Shown: positions 12,280 to 23,851, counted from the stretch's first letter. The stretch: DNA of 64,000 nt from Azolla caroliniana (GCA_043228905.1 JBHGNT010000006.1:15314001-15378000), one strand, 5' to 3'. Numbers and translations are program-made. The notes: generated from the letters alone by a model not told the origin.

Positions 12280-14330
12280 GAGGATTCGCCTCCGAGACTA
12301 TCTCGATTCCTTTCATGATTGGCTCGCACCATTAGGAATTGGACTGAGCTTTGGTTGTCAAGACTCTTTATTCGTGCGAAGGCTGCTCCATTATCGAACA
12401 CTTTGGTCTCCATCCGAGATGATGTGATATAAGGTTGCCCTAGGATGACAGGATGCGATGCCGATTCTTGTACGAAGAAGTGTTGATCCATCTCCACATC
12501 CCCGATGGTGACTTTGACATTGGGACAAGCTCCGTACAAATCCTCCGTAGACTTTGTTGCCACGCGAATCTTCCATCCATGGTTTGTATTGATTGGCCAT
12601 CTTCCTTTTTTGTAGAAGTCGGTTGACATGAGGTTGATCTCCGAGCCGTGGTCGATCAAGGCTACCACGGTCTCTTTCTTCTCCCCGATCTTCACCGGCG
12701 TCTCCGTTGTCGCTCGTGCCCAATGAGGTCGAGTGTAGTGGCTGTCCACCATATCTTCATCGATTTCGTCTCTTGCCATCGTTATGGCATTCGTTTTTGC
12801 TTTTTGCGGCTTCTCTTCTTCCTCGTCCGATTGTTGTCTCTTTCTCTTTACAAGGTCCACGATCGTGTCATGGAACTCCTTCTTCGTAATGCCAAGCAAT
12901 TCCCTCAAGGACAAAGTTACGTGGCTATCAAGAACTCGTTCTTCGAGAATCTTCTTTAGGTCCGTCGTCTGCTCTATGTCCGACCTTAGCTTATAGGTAG
13001 GTATAGTCCTTGTCCTCCGAGCGGGGTCTTCGACACCAACCTTCACGGGCCGCACCGTTTCTTCAACTCGTATGCTCGACTCCCCTTTTTTGCTTGATTC
13101 TCGTTCCTCCGATTGTAAAGGTCGACTCGTCTCTGCATCGTCCTTCTTTTTTGCATTCCTTGTTTTGTGTCTTTTAGATGGGCCTTGCTCTTCTATTCTC
13201 TTTCTCTTTTCTTCGACGAACACCTCGTGGTTGTCGCACATCACCTCTGCGAGTATGGTTTTGTCGTCCACCGGATCCGACCACCCGGTTATGCTTTGCA
13301 CGCTTCGGTCCGCAAGGTCTACCTCGTTCGATGTGACTTTTCCCTTCTTCTCATATTCGAGAACGGAAGTCCAAAACTTTGCTCCCGCTCTAGCAGCTTC
13401 AGTCTTGTCTTTCCCGACTCTTATTCCGACCGACGCAAGATATTGCATCGCATCCACATGAGTCGCATCGGCATCCTCCATAGATTTCTTCATTCCTCCT
13501 CTTCCGAAATTCACCCATAGGGGTCTTCTAGTCTCGCTTGAGCAGATCATGTTGTCCTCTATGTATACGATATTTTGTCGAATCGCCTCTCGAAGGCTCG
13601 CAGAATCCCTTCTCATGTGGTCCATGCTATCGCACCACACGCATCTAAAGGGTTCTTTTCCTTTAGGGCCCCGACAATTCATGTTGGCTAGCGTGACCTT
13701 CTCGAACTTCTTCGCTAGCTCTTCAATGATGTCGTCATCAATCTTCTTTTCTTCCACGTTACTTTGTCTTTGGCGGCTCATCTACTTTCGGCGGTCTTGC
13801 TTTCTCCGTGGTAGTCGATCCCATCAAGTCGGTGTCATCAACCCATTGGCGACGCTTGTCGAGCCTATTGCATGCCCGCTTCACCGCGATCTAGTCCGCT
13901 ACGAGCCCATTTGCTTGGGTATCATCTTCGAGAAGAGTCCCCAACTCCCGTCTATCCTTTATGTCCACGGCCTTCAAGAAGTACAAAGTCTTCTCCTCTT
14001 CAAGCAACACTTGGTCCGTATTGGGGAGACAACTAAACATCTGGTCGAATTCGTCGTACACCCTCGAGACGCTCATCTTCTTATTCTTCTTCTCTATCCA
14101 CTTCATCAAGGCATGTCGAGTCATCCTCGTTGAGTCTTCAGTCACGAACTCCGCTAGTATCATTTTCTCGAACTCGGACCATGTTGTTACCTTCTTGAAG
14201 CTCGATGACGCGTCTTTGGATGTTGTTGGCGACAACTCTCTTGAAGCTTGCAATTTGACGTGCCTCGGATACGTCCCTCTCATTCATCTCCCTTCTTTAT
14301 GCATCAAGGAACTTCGTAACGTTCCTTCCA
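12270..14330 (-). pseudogene. gag: C gag plus protease
   Basis: ORFs 13891-14283 (TWSEFEKMIL) and 12270-13781 (CVWCDSMDHMRRD knuckle; ALIDHGSEIN protease; VILGQPY). Confidence 0.88.
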
Positions 14331-14508
14331 TCGAATTGGCCCTCGACCTCTACGACACGATCAATAGCCTTCTCCACGCTCGCGTCGTTGGGCCGAGATC
14401 TCATCATTTGCTCGACGATTAGCATCATCCTTTCGAGCTCTCCCGCTTGGTTGCTTGAGGACGCCATCTCCAAGTATTAATCTCGACTTGATCCTTCCTA
14501 CCGCCTCT

Positions 14509-14526
14509 TTCACGTCGGGTTCACCA
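14509..14526 (-). promoter_or_regulatory. Primer-binding site of C, complementary to the tRNA-Trp 3' end
   Basis: Plus strand ttcacgtcgggttcacca matches the 3' end of plant cytosolic tRNA-Trp (recalled, not searched); 8 nt from the LTR. Confidence 0.8.
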
Positions 14527-14982
14527 CTTAATTATGTCGTGAAGATCCGTCACTACACGCGGATCGTGAGGCGGAACCGCCGGGGTTCTGGACCGGAAGG
14601 ATTCAAAGTCGGTACAAGCTTTGGCGAGAAAGTACTTAAGATAGATTGGGAAAGAGAGAAGTTGAGATTAAACGATTGAGACAGATTGATTGAACTTTTA
14701 ACTTTAGATTTAAGAAACAAGTTACATGATCAATTTGATAACAAATTTCTTCCCCTTAATTTTCATAAAAAATACCGTGTTTTTTCTCCTCCCCCTTCTT
14801 TCTTTTATAGATGCTCTCATGCATATGATGCATGTGAGGGTACAAGACATGCATAAATTGCATGTTTGCCATTTGGCGCTTATGTATTACATGTGGTGCA
14901 TGATAACCATATCACTCATTTTAGCTCTCATGTATGAGAATTTACATGTAAAAGTACAATGATAGAAATATAATTTCAACTA

Positions 14983-15054
14983 AATAGCATGGTTTAATGG
15001 TAAGCCAATTGATTCCTAACTTGGAGGTGCAAGGTTCGAATCCTTCCTTGCCCT
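14983..15054 (+). ncRNA. tRNA-like cassette in the 5' LTR of C
   Basis: Copy of 8214-8285: TGGTTTAATGG 14990-15000, GGTTCGAATCC 15033-15043. Confidence 0.7.
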
Positions 15055-15526
15055 CCTTGTATATGTATATATATTTATATATTTATTTATCTAGTTGCCG
15101 GTTCGTCGGATGCCGTCAGTTACCGGTGCGTCGTCGGATCACCGGCTCCATCGCCGGTCCAGTTTTGGTTAGCCAAAACCCTTTACGAGTAGCTAGCCCA
15201 CCTCCACTCTTAGTTCAAGTTACCTTGAACTCTCTACGCTCCACACATAGACACAAACTTATATATGATGAGAGCCGTATTTGTCGTGCCTATGTGGGAT
15301 ATCTCACAATTTTCTCTTTTCCTTTCACAAACTTTATACCCTCATATCTTGATATTTGGTTGTCCATTTCTCGTGTAATAAAGTGCATTCGAAACCTCCA
15401 TCATTTTGTACTTAGATATTAAATTTATTTAAAATGTTATCTTCACAATTATTGTACTATGTGATTCATACTCGATTTCGTACGTTTTATGGGATTTTCA
15501 CACTATTGCCGAAAATCTTCACGACA

Positions 15527-15800
15527 TCGTAACGTTGGTATTCATGTTGTTTTTCACGTTAGTCGTCTAAAACCATTTTTAGGCTCTAATAATAACACCA
15601 TCACAATCCAAGATCTTGTAACATTAAAGGATTTTTCTTACAAACCTCATGTTCCTGAATGAATTCTTGAATCTCGTACTGAACATTTACGTTCTAAAGA
15701 GATCCAACTATTCAAGATAAGATGGATAGATAAACCTATTGATGATGCCACATGGGAACACGAGCATACTCTTAAGGCACAATTTCCTCACTTTATATTG
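15527..15800 (+). pseudogene. B integrase C-terminus and chromodomain
   Basis: IHVVFHVSRLKP ... ILESR..FKIRWIDKPIDDATWEHE..LKAQFP. Confidence 0.85.
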
Positions 15801-16288
15801 CAAGATTGCAATCTTTTAAAGTAGGGGAGTATGTTATGTGAGGGTAGGTCACCAATATGTATATTAGTGAAGGGTATGTTCACTAATGTTAAAAAGGGGG
15901 CTAACGTTTGGATAAAAGGAATGATAGGTGCATGCACTATCATGATTTGGACAACCAATGAATGGAAGCCTTTTAGAAAGGCACATCTATTCAAGGGGCC
16001 TAGGAAAAGGTATAAATATGAGGCTTAGCTACCCTCATAATCACATTACGTCGGAAGGCTGATGTCTTAGACACCGGTGGTGTGGGCTAGGATTTTGTCT
16101 CGACGATCATGTTTATCTCTTCCAAGGTATTAGTCATCCTAATATCCGGCGATATGGGACATTGGTGGTAGGTTGGCTATGTCTAGATCATAGCTCGGGG
16201 GTGGTCGGGTGGAACGGGTTCTTCTATCCATTCTATTTTCCTTCTTTTACTTTAGTTTGGTCTATTGATTGGTAATAGACTCTTAACA

Positions 16289-18817
16289 GTTCGACACATA
16301 CCCGATCTAAAGAGGAGTCTACTTTCCATCAACATGTTAGCCGAAGACAGGTATCGAATGACTCTACACGAGTCGACATGGGTGATCAGCCGAGGAAACC
16401 TCAAAGTCGGTAGTGGGCATAAGTATAATAATCTATACCCATTGATGGCGATCAACCTTGAAGGGGCTGTGAACGTAGCCGAGAAAACTGACCCGAACTT
16501 ATGGCATGGCTGACTTGGCCACATGTCTCAAGCCGGACTTGATTGGCTGATGTCAATCGGCTACATCCCGAAACTCCAAGCAAAGATGGACTTCTGCGAG
16601 CATTGTCAATACGGGAAACAGACCTGAAGTCCGCACTCTCTCCAGTACGAGACGGTATGACAACCCCTAGAGCTCATGCACACAGACATATGTGGGCCCA
16701 TGCCAGAGCGATAACTAGGAGGCACCCAGTACTTCATCACATTCGTAGATGATTGTACACGGGAAGTTTGGGCATACTACATCAAGTCCAACGATGAAGC
16801 GGTCGGGGTCTTCACTCGATGGATATCTGAAGTGGAGAACCGGTCGGGATACAGAGTGAAGACACTCCTCCGATCCGACAACGGAGGTGAGTACGCCTCT
16901 AGAGCCTTCAAATAGTACTTGTCCCAAAAAGGGATCCAGCATCAAAAGATTGTTCCTTACACACCCATGCTGAATGGATCAACCGAACGATCCAGGAGAG
17001 GGTGACGGCAATGCTCCAACAAGGTGGACTGAAGGTGGAATTTTGGGCCGAGGTATTGTAGACGGTAGTGTACCTGATAAATCTGGCACCATCAAGAGCA
17101 ATTAGGATCGAAGTGCCATAGGCACCATGGTCAGGCAAACAACTGACCTACAATAGGCTCCATATATTCAGATGCGAAGCCTACGCATTCATCCTCAGGA
17201 ACTAAAGGAAGAAGTTGGCACCCCATGAAATAAAGTGCATATTTCTCGGTTATGGAACCGGTGGGGACTTCGGCGACCGACTATGGGACCTTGAGAACCG
17301 GAAATTGATCCGGAGCAGCGACGTAGTCTTCAATGAAGACTCTATCTTCTCTCAACGGAACCAACATAAAACAGTTGGTAAGAAGGTATCCTTCAAAGAT
17401 GACAACACTATCGTAGAAGGACCGACCCACCGGGCCGAATCGGAGACTCGACAATCAGTCAAACTCCAACACCAAATTAGCAACAAGTCCTAACGTCGAA
17501 CTCACAAACCAAGCAATCAAAGACATAGCCGAATCGACAAGAGTTGACAAAGGTAGAGCTACTAAGAGGCCAGTAAGAAGCGAGTCGACAACAACGACAG
17601 GAGAGAACAATCCGACACCGCCGAAATCCCAAACCGAGGGCGAGACACCTAGCAAGACTCCTGACACAACTGGTTTAACAAATACCGATCGTCAATTTGA
17701 ATCGATCGAAGAATCCGAACCAAATATTACAGAACCCAGGAGATCTAGACGAGCTCGAAGGCAAACAAAGTTTTATCAACTGGGCCTCGACTATGTCCAC
17801 TACACGGATGCAAGCGAACCACGCACGTATGACGAAGCTATAGTCGCACGGGACGCCGAAACATGGGTATAGGCCATGAAATCCGAAATGGACTCGATTC
17901 ATCAGAATCAGACATTGGAGCTGGTCAACTACCAGCAGGAAGAAAGCCGCTACCTTGCAAATGGGTGTTCCGATACAAGTATGTATCCGACTTAGAGAAA
18001 CCCAAGTACAAAGCTCAGCTTGTCGCGAAAGGATTCAAACAGGAATACGGGGTCTACTACGACGAGATATTCTCACCAGTACGCAAGATGACCACCCTCC
18101 GACTCCTACTAGGAGTCGTGGCAACAGAATACCTAGAGCTCGAGCAGATGGACATAAAGACAACATTCCTACATGGAGATCTGGAAGAAGACATATACAT
18201 GTCTCAACCGGCAAGCTTCACGGCGATGGGGGAGGACAATCACCTCGTATGTCGACTAAAGAAAAGTCTATATAGGCTAAAACAAGCGCTGAGAATGTGG
18301 TACCAGAAGTTTGACTCCTACATACGACAACTTGGATACAACAGATTAGACTCCGACCTATGCATGTATGTTCGGCAATTGGCCGACGAGTCAAGGATCT
18401 ATCTGATCCTATACGTCGATGACATGTTGATTGTAGGGAGCAATCAAACGGAGATCGGTAAGCTGAAGCGGAGCCTTCATGCAAAGTTCACGATGAAGGA
18501 ACTCGGACAAGCCCAACACATACTGGGCATGAGGATAGAGCAAAATCAGATGACGAAAACTCTCTGACACTCCCAATCTGAATACATCTGCAAGGTGCTG
18601 AAGCGCTTCAACATGGAGAATGCGAAGCCAACATCGTCACCGCTTCCGACGTTGATCAGACTATCGGATAGAGACTCTCTTGCAACGGACAAGGAGAGAG
18701 AGCTTAATGGGAAGATACCCTACACATCGGCAGTAGGAAGTATCATGTACACAATGGTGGCGACCCGATCCGACCTAGCCTATGTCGTAGGGGTGGTCAG
18801 CCGGTACATGTCAAACC
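16289..18817 (+). pseudogene. pol: Copia A pol (PR end, GAG-pre-integrase, integrase, RT)
   Basis: IPDLKRSLLS, NLWHG*LGH, KCIFLGYG, IRSSDVVFNE, CKWVFRYK, QMDIKTTFLHG, LILYVDDML. Confidence 0.92.
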
Positions 18818-18865
18818 TGTCATGATAACAGTCACATCATGCATCGAAAGGATCATGACACTCAC

Positions 18866-18935
18866 ATTATGACTTGAAAGGATTTGAACCCACGACCTTG
18901 TTGTACACATGTCAAATCCTTAACCATTGTATTAA
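18866..18935 (-). ncRNA. tRNA-like cassette in the D LTR U3, antisense (second copy ~21982-22051)
   Basis: Minus strand TAATACAATGGTTAAGGATTTGACATGTGTACAACAAGGTCGTGGGTTCAAATCC, with tRNA-like A-to-B spacing and a typical AAGGTC variable region. Confidence 0.62.
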
Positions 18936-18979
18936 TATTCTTATATGTATAGTCTCTAGAATATGAAATCTAATATCAT

Positions 18980-19140
18980 AGGAATATTCTATATTACTCT
19001 ACATTCTAGAATGACCTAGAATATTCTAGAGTGTTCTATACCACTAGAACCTTCTAGAATACTCTAGAGATCTTCTAGATTACTCTACATTCTAGGATAA
19101 CCTAGAATATTCTAGAGAGTTCTCTATTACTTATAAATAG
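18980..19140 (+). promoter_or_regulatory. Heat-shock-element array plus TATA box in the D LTR (copy ~22096-22256)
   Basis: CTAGAATATTCTAG at 19016-19029 and 19102-19115; CTAGAACCTTCTAGAA from 19044; TATAAA 19132-19137. Confidence 0.75.
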
Positions 19141-19193
19141 GGATCTACCACCCATCCCAAACCTAAATTGGTTCAAAGAATGGGACTCTTCGG

Positions 19194-21941
19194 TTGGTCG
19201 TGGATTATCGAGGGCTAAACAAAGTGACTATCCGAAATAGATATGCTCTACCATTAATCCCGAATCTTTTGGAACGTCTCAGTGGTGCAAAATATTTCAC
19301 GAAGTTGGACCTTCGCGGAGCATATAATCTAGTTCGGATTCGCCCGGGGGATGAATGGAAGACAACTTTCCGCACTCGCTATGGACATTTTGAGTATACA
19401 GTGATGCCATTTGGTCTCACGAATGCACCTGCTGTTTTCCAACATATGGCGAACGATATTTTTCGAGATTTTCTTGATATCTTCACTATAGTTTACCTAG
19501 ATGATATTTTAATCTACTCAAAGACCCAAGAGGAGCATGATGCACATGTTCGTCAAGTACTATGCCGACTCCGAGAATATGGTCTCTACGCAAAATTAGA
19601 AAAGTGTAGTTTCGGCCAGAATCAAGTGGAATTTTTGGGGTATGTTGTATCGTCAAATGGTATTGCTATGAACCCCATGAAGGTACAGGCAATTTTAGAA
19701 TGGCAAACGCCCCTTTCAGTGCGTGATGTGCAATGTTTTCTCGGGTTTGCAAATTTTTATCGAAAATTTATTAAAGATTATTCCAAGGTTGTGATTCTGC
19801 TTACTCAGCTCACACATAAAGATCAACCATTTATATGGAGTTCAGATGCATCCGAGGCATTCGAAAGCTTAAAACGAGCATTTACAACGGCACCTATCTT
19901 AGCACATGTCGACCCAACAAAACGCTTCATCCTCGAAGCCGATGCATCCGATTTTGCACTAGGGAGTGTCCTCTCGCAGACTGGAGATGATGGACAACTA
20001 CACCCTGTCGCCTTTCATTCACGAAAGTTTGAAGCTGCAGAGATCAACTACGAGATCCATGACAAAGAGCTTCTTGCAATCGTGGATTCGTTTCAACAAT
20101 GGCGACATTTCCTAGAAGGTTCTTCTCAGCAGATCATTGTCTACAATGATCATAAGAACCTGACTTATTTCCAAAATGCTCGAGTCTTGAGTCGGCGACA
20201 AGCCCGGTGGGCGCAATTTTTGACTCACTTCGACTTTATCATCATATATCGCCCTGGGATGCAGCAAGGCAAAGCAGATGCTCTTTCTCGGCGCTCTTAT
20301 ATGGAACTTCGTCCAGGGGAACCTGCTTTTGAGCATCAAAAACAAATCCTTTTGGGTCCTAATCGATTACGATTAATGGTAGTTAACGCCATAACAGCTC
20401 TTGAAAATTCCACTCTTCTTGATTCCATTCGAGATCATATGGCCACTGATGATTTCGCCAAGGATGTTTTGGATCATATCGTCCCGGATCGTGCTTCTTG
20501 CTCACAGTCGAAAAATCCTCGTAATGACTATTGTCAGTTCTATTGGCATGATGGTTTTCTATTTCGACAAAATTTATTGTATGTTCCTGATGGTCCCCCA
20601 CGGCTACAAGTTTTGCAACATTGCCATGACTCACCAATGGCTGGTCATTTTGGAGTTCACAAGACTCTAGAATTAATTTCTCGACGCTATTGGTGGCCTC
20701 GCCTTCGTCATTTTGTTGAGGAGTATGTTCGGAGTTGTGATATATGTTGTCGATCAAAGAATCCTCGTCACCGACCCTATGGCTTACTACAACCACTTCC
20801 CGTTCCGGAAACACCTTGGAAGTCTATATCCTTGGACTTCATTACTGATCTCCCAGTTTCAAAAGGTTTTGATGCAATTCTCACAGTGGTTGATCGATTT
20901 ACCAAAATGGCACATTTCTTGCCATGTACAAAGTCGATTACTAGTCAAGAGACGGCTGATCTCGTTATGCGGGAGGTATTTAAGCATCATGGTCTGCCAG
21001 ATGATATTATTAGTGATCGTGGTCCACAATTCATCTCAAAGTTTTGGAAGCACCTGTTCAAACTTCTCCACATTTCAGTTAAGCTTTCTTCGGGCTATCA
21101 TCCTGAAACAAATGGCCAAACAGAGCGTACCAACCAGACATTGGAACAATATCTTCGTTGTTTCATCAACTATCAACAAGATGATTGGGTTGCATTTTTG
21201 CACTTGGCGGAATTCGCTTACAACAACTCAGCCCATTCTTCTACAGGATATTCCCCATTTTTCGCAAATACGGGCTGTCATCCTCGATGGACGATGAATG
21301 CGCATCCAGAAGTTCCTACCAACCCTGCTGCCGAGGATCGTCTTAGTCGCCTCCAAGAAATTCAAGCTAACATTCTCCACAATTTGCACGATGCTCAATT
21401 TACACACAAGAGGCTTGCCGATCGTCATCGTCTAGACTTCTCAAAAAAGTTCCGCATTGGGGATCATGTATGGCTTCTCCAACACAACATCAAGACCACT
21501 CGACCTTGTAGTAAATTGGATTACCAACGTTTTGGCCCTTACATGATCACTGGTAAGATAAGTGATGTTGCATTTCGTCTTGACCTTCCTCCGCACATGC
21601 ATCTTCATCCGGTGTTTCATGTATCCCTTTTGGAACCTTATACTACAAGTTCAATTCCGGGCCGTCTTACGACACCCCCACCACCTGTCGAGTTCTTGGA
21701 CGGGCCTGAATTTGAAGTTGCTGCCGTTCTCGATTCTAAAATCGTGCGCAACAAGTTGTATTACTTGGTCGATTGGCTAGGCTATACCCCCAATGATCGA
21801 ACTTGGGAACCTGCCACAAATCTTTCCAATGCTGCAAAACTCGTCAATGCATTTCATCGCCAATATCCTTGTAAACCAGGTCCTAATACAAACCCTACGA
21901 CCCGTGAGACGTGTCGTCGAAGAAGGGGGATAGTGTCATGA
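19194..21941 (+). CDS. pol: D pol: uninterrupted RT-RNase H-integrase-chromodomain (915 aa, N-terminally truncated)
   Basis: VVDYRGLN, MPFGLTNAP, YLDDILIYS, EADASD, SISLDFI, GPY, EFEVAAVLDSK..YLVDWLGY..RTWEP. The ORF runs through the PPT into the LTR. Confidence 0.95.
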   Translation: MVVDYRGLNKVTIRNRYALPLIPNLLERLSGAKYFTKLDLRGAYNLVRIRPGDEWKTTFRTRYGHFEYTVMPFGLTNAPAVFQHMANDIFRDFLDIFTIVYLDDILIYSKTQEEHDAHVRQVLCRLREYGLYAKLEKCSFGQNQVEFLGYVVSSNGIAMNPMKVQAILEWQTPLSVRDVQCFLGFANFYRKFIKDYSKVVILLTQLTHKDQPFIWSSDASEAFESLKRAFTTAPILAHVDPTKRFILEADASDFALGSVLSQTGDDGQLHPVAFHSRKFEAAEINYEIHDKELLAIVDSFQQWRHFLEGSSQQIIVYNDHKNLTYFQNARVLSRRQARWAQFLTHFDFIIIYRPGMQQGKADALSRRSYMELRPGEPAFEHQKQILLGPNRLRLMVVNAITALENSTLLDSIRDHMATDDFAKDVLDHIVPDRASCSQSKNPRNDYCQFYWHDGFLFRQNLLYVPDGPPRLQVLQHCHDSPMAGHFGVHKTLELISRRYWWPRLRHFVEEYVRSCDICCRSKNPRHRPYGLLQPLPVPETPWKSISLDFITDLPVSKGFDAILTVVDRFTKMAHFLPCTKSITSQETADLVMREVFKHHGLPDDIISDRGPQFISKFWKHLFKLLHISVKLSSGYHPETNGQTERTNQTLEQYLRCFINYQQDDWVAFLHLAEFAYNNSAHSSTGYSPFFANTGCHPRWTMNAHPEVPTNPAAEDRLSRLQEIQANILHNLHDAQFTHKRLADRHRLDFSKKFRIGDHVWLLQHNIKTTRPCSKLDYQRFGPYMITGKISDVAFRLDLPPHMHLHPVFHVSLLEPYTTSSIPGRLTTPPPPVEFLDGPEFEVAAVLDSKIVRNKLYYLVDWLGYTPNDRTWEPATNLSNAAKLVNAFHRQYPCKPGPNTNPTTRETCRRRRGIVS

Positions 21942-22404
21942 TAACAGTCACATCATGCATCGAAAGGATCATGACACTCACATTATGACTTGAAAGGATT
22001 TGAACCCACGACCTTGTTGTACACATGTCAAATCCTTAACCATTGTATTAATATTCCTATATGTATAGTCTCTAGAATATGAAATCTAATATCATAGGAA
22101 TATTCTATATTACTCTACATTCTAGAATGACCTAGAATATTCTAGAGTGTTCTATACCACTAGAACCTTCTAGAATACTCTAGAGATCTTCTAGATTACT
22201 CTACATTCTAGGATAACCTAGAATATTCTAGAGAGTTCTCTATTACTTATAAATAGGGATCTACCACCCATCCCAAACCTAAATTGGTTCAACGCCATTT
22301 TGTAGCCTACTCTTTGTAATCCATTTTACGCTTCAATATAATAATTCTCTTTCAATTATCTCTCTATCTCTTTTTCTATCTCTTTTTCTCTCTCAGTCTT
22401 GACA

Positions 22405-22978
22405 AAACATAGGAAAGAAGCATTGGGAGGCCGTCAAGCACATCCTTAGGTATCTAAAAGGAAGCACAAATGCACAACTGACAATCTCAGCCGAAATCAA
22501 AGGCTACACCGACTCCGATCGGAAATCAACATCAGGCTATATCTTCACCTATGGTGGCGGTGCAATATCATGGAGATCGAAACTTCAAGAGTGCATGACT
22601 TTGTCTACCACAGAAGCTGAGTATATAGCAGCATCAGAAGCAGCGAAGGAAGCGATCTGGCTGCATCGATTGACTGCCGACTTCGGAACTGCAAACCAAA
22701 TAGACCGACCAGTGTTGATGATCTATTGCGACTCACATAGCGCAATACACCTTATCAACAATCCCGTCTACCATGCGAAGATGAAGCACATTGAGGTGCG
22801 GTATCATCATATCCGGGAGCTCGTGACCGAGAAGAAACTCGACACCGAGGTGAACATGGCCGATAGCCTGACGAAGGCACTCCCAGATCAATGCTTCGAA
22901 ATGCTAAGGACAAAGATGGGACTACAACAAGCGACTGAGCAGAAGAAAGCCGAACGAGGAGCAGAAGGTAAGAGCTGA
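22405..22978 (+). pseudogene. pol: Copia A RNase H
   Basis: GKKHWEAVKHILRYLKG; LSTTEAEY; IYCD; NPVYHAKMKHIEVRYH. Confidence 0.9.
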
Positions 22979-23128
22979 CCAACACTTATACTATACCTCT
23001 GCCGACTCGGCTACTTGCCGTTAGACTTGTAATATAAGATCTAGATAAATTTGTAATCTAGGTTTACGGGGGAGATAACCCCAAGCACTTGTACATGCAA
23101 GAAAGAGTAGTCCTTTTACGGGGGAGTT

Positions 23129-23407
23129 TGTTGGCATAAAAGGCCGACTCCTTTCAAATTGTATCCGTTTGAGTGTGAACTCGTTAATAAGTTAGGGCTT
23201 AGTATATTAGCGAATACCTAACATTGTAATGAGTGATGACGAGCAGAGTATCGAATCTCTAAGAAAGAACGAAGTAATGAGAAGCTTTCCATTAAAGCTC
23301 CATCTGTATAAGTCTCCACGCCTATTCTATTTTCTGTATGTGTTGTTTGCTGTCTAGTACCGATTACAGATCCATACATGTTTCCGCACATAGCACTCGT
23401 AGCCACA
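23129..23407 (+). repeat. 3' LTR of Copia A
   Basis: Direct repeat of 14-292. Confidence 0.95.
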
Positions 23408-23701
23408 AAACTCATGAGAGAAGGAGAGAGAAAGAGAGAGGGAGAAAGAGAGGAGAGATCGAGAGAGAGGGGGAATGGTGATAACAAAAGATATATTATA
23501 TTATGAAGAGTAAGTACAAGAATAACTATGAGGCTTAAGACTGACGTTGAACTGATTTGGTTCGAAATAATGCCTTGTGCCTCCTTTTATAGTGTTCTCA
23601 GGAGTACTCATGAAGTTTTTAGAATGTTCTAGAGAAATATGGAATATAAATCAATTTTCTATATTAAAACTTAAATGAAAATAATATCTTTCATATTACA
23701 A

Positions 23702-23768
23702 CATATAGTCTAATGGTCAAGAGCTCGACCCATGTAACATAAGGTCATGGGTTCGATTCTTGCCATAT
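23702..23768 (+). ncRNA. tRNA-like cassette at the start of the E LTR U3, antisense
   Basis: TAGTCTAATGG 23706-23716 ... AAGGTCATGGGTTCGATTCT, B-box 23750-23760. Confidence 0.65.
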
Positions 23769-23851
23769 CATGACACTATCCCCCGTTTAAAACGACGAGT
23801 GTCACGAGTTCTTTTGGATTGAGGACCCGGTTTGTCTAGATATTGACGATA

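Larger units (their letters stand above)
7766..15526 (-). mobile_element. Element C: non-chromovirus Ty3/Gypsy (possibly Phygy-like), inserted in the integrase C-terminus of B
   Basis: LTRs 7766-8728 and 14535-15526 with a 12-bp terminal IR (tgtcgtgaagat/atcttcacgaca); PPT 8729-8740 (ggtgggggtgga on minus); tRNA-Trp PBS; 4-bp TSD ccgt/tcgt. Confidence 0.93.
1532..16288 (+). mobile_element. Element B: Ty3/Gypsy chromovirus (Reina/Galadriel/Tekay-like), degenerate, inserted in the protease of A
   Basis: LTRs 1532-2004 and 15832-16288; PBS tggtatcagagc 2006-2017; PPT aaagtaggggagta; TSD gttgg/gttcg; A reads LHQV|RHIPDL across the insertion. Confidence 0.93.
18818..22404 (+). mobile_element. Element D: very young Tcn1-like chromovirus with a deletion of the 5' LTR end, PBS, gag and PR
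   Basis: LTR 18818-19176 matches 21934-22292 with about 1 mismatch; full 3' LTR 21934-22404; PPT agaagggggatag; TSD aaacc/aaaca inside the A RT-RH tether. Confidence 0.95.
14..23407 (+). mobile_element. Element A: full-length Ty1/Copia LTR retrotransposon (Tork/Tnt1-like), degenerate, interrupted by B and D
   Basis: 279-bp LTRs at 14-292 and 23129-23407 (TG..CA, ~21 mismatches by eye); PBS tggtatcagag 295-305 (tRNA-iMet type); PPT tttacgggggag before the 3' LTR; TSD gaact/aaact; domain order gag-PR-IN-RT-RH. Confidence 0.95.
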
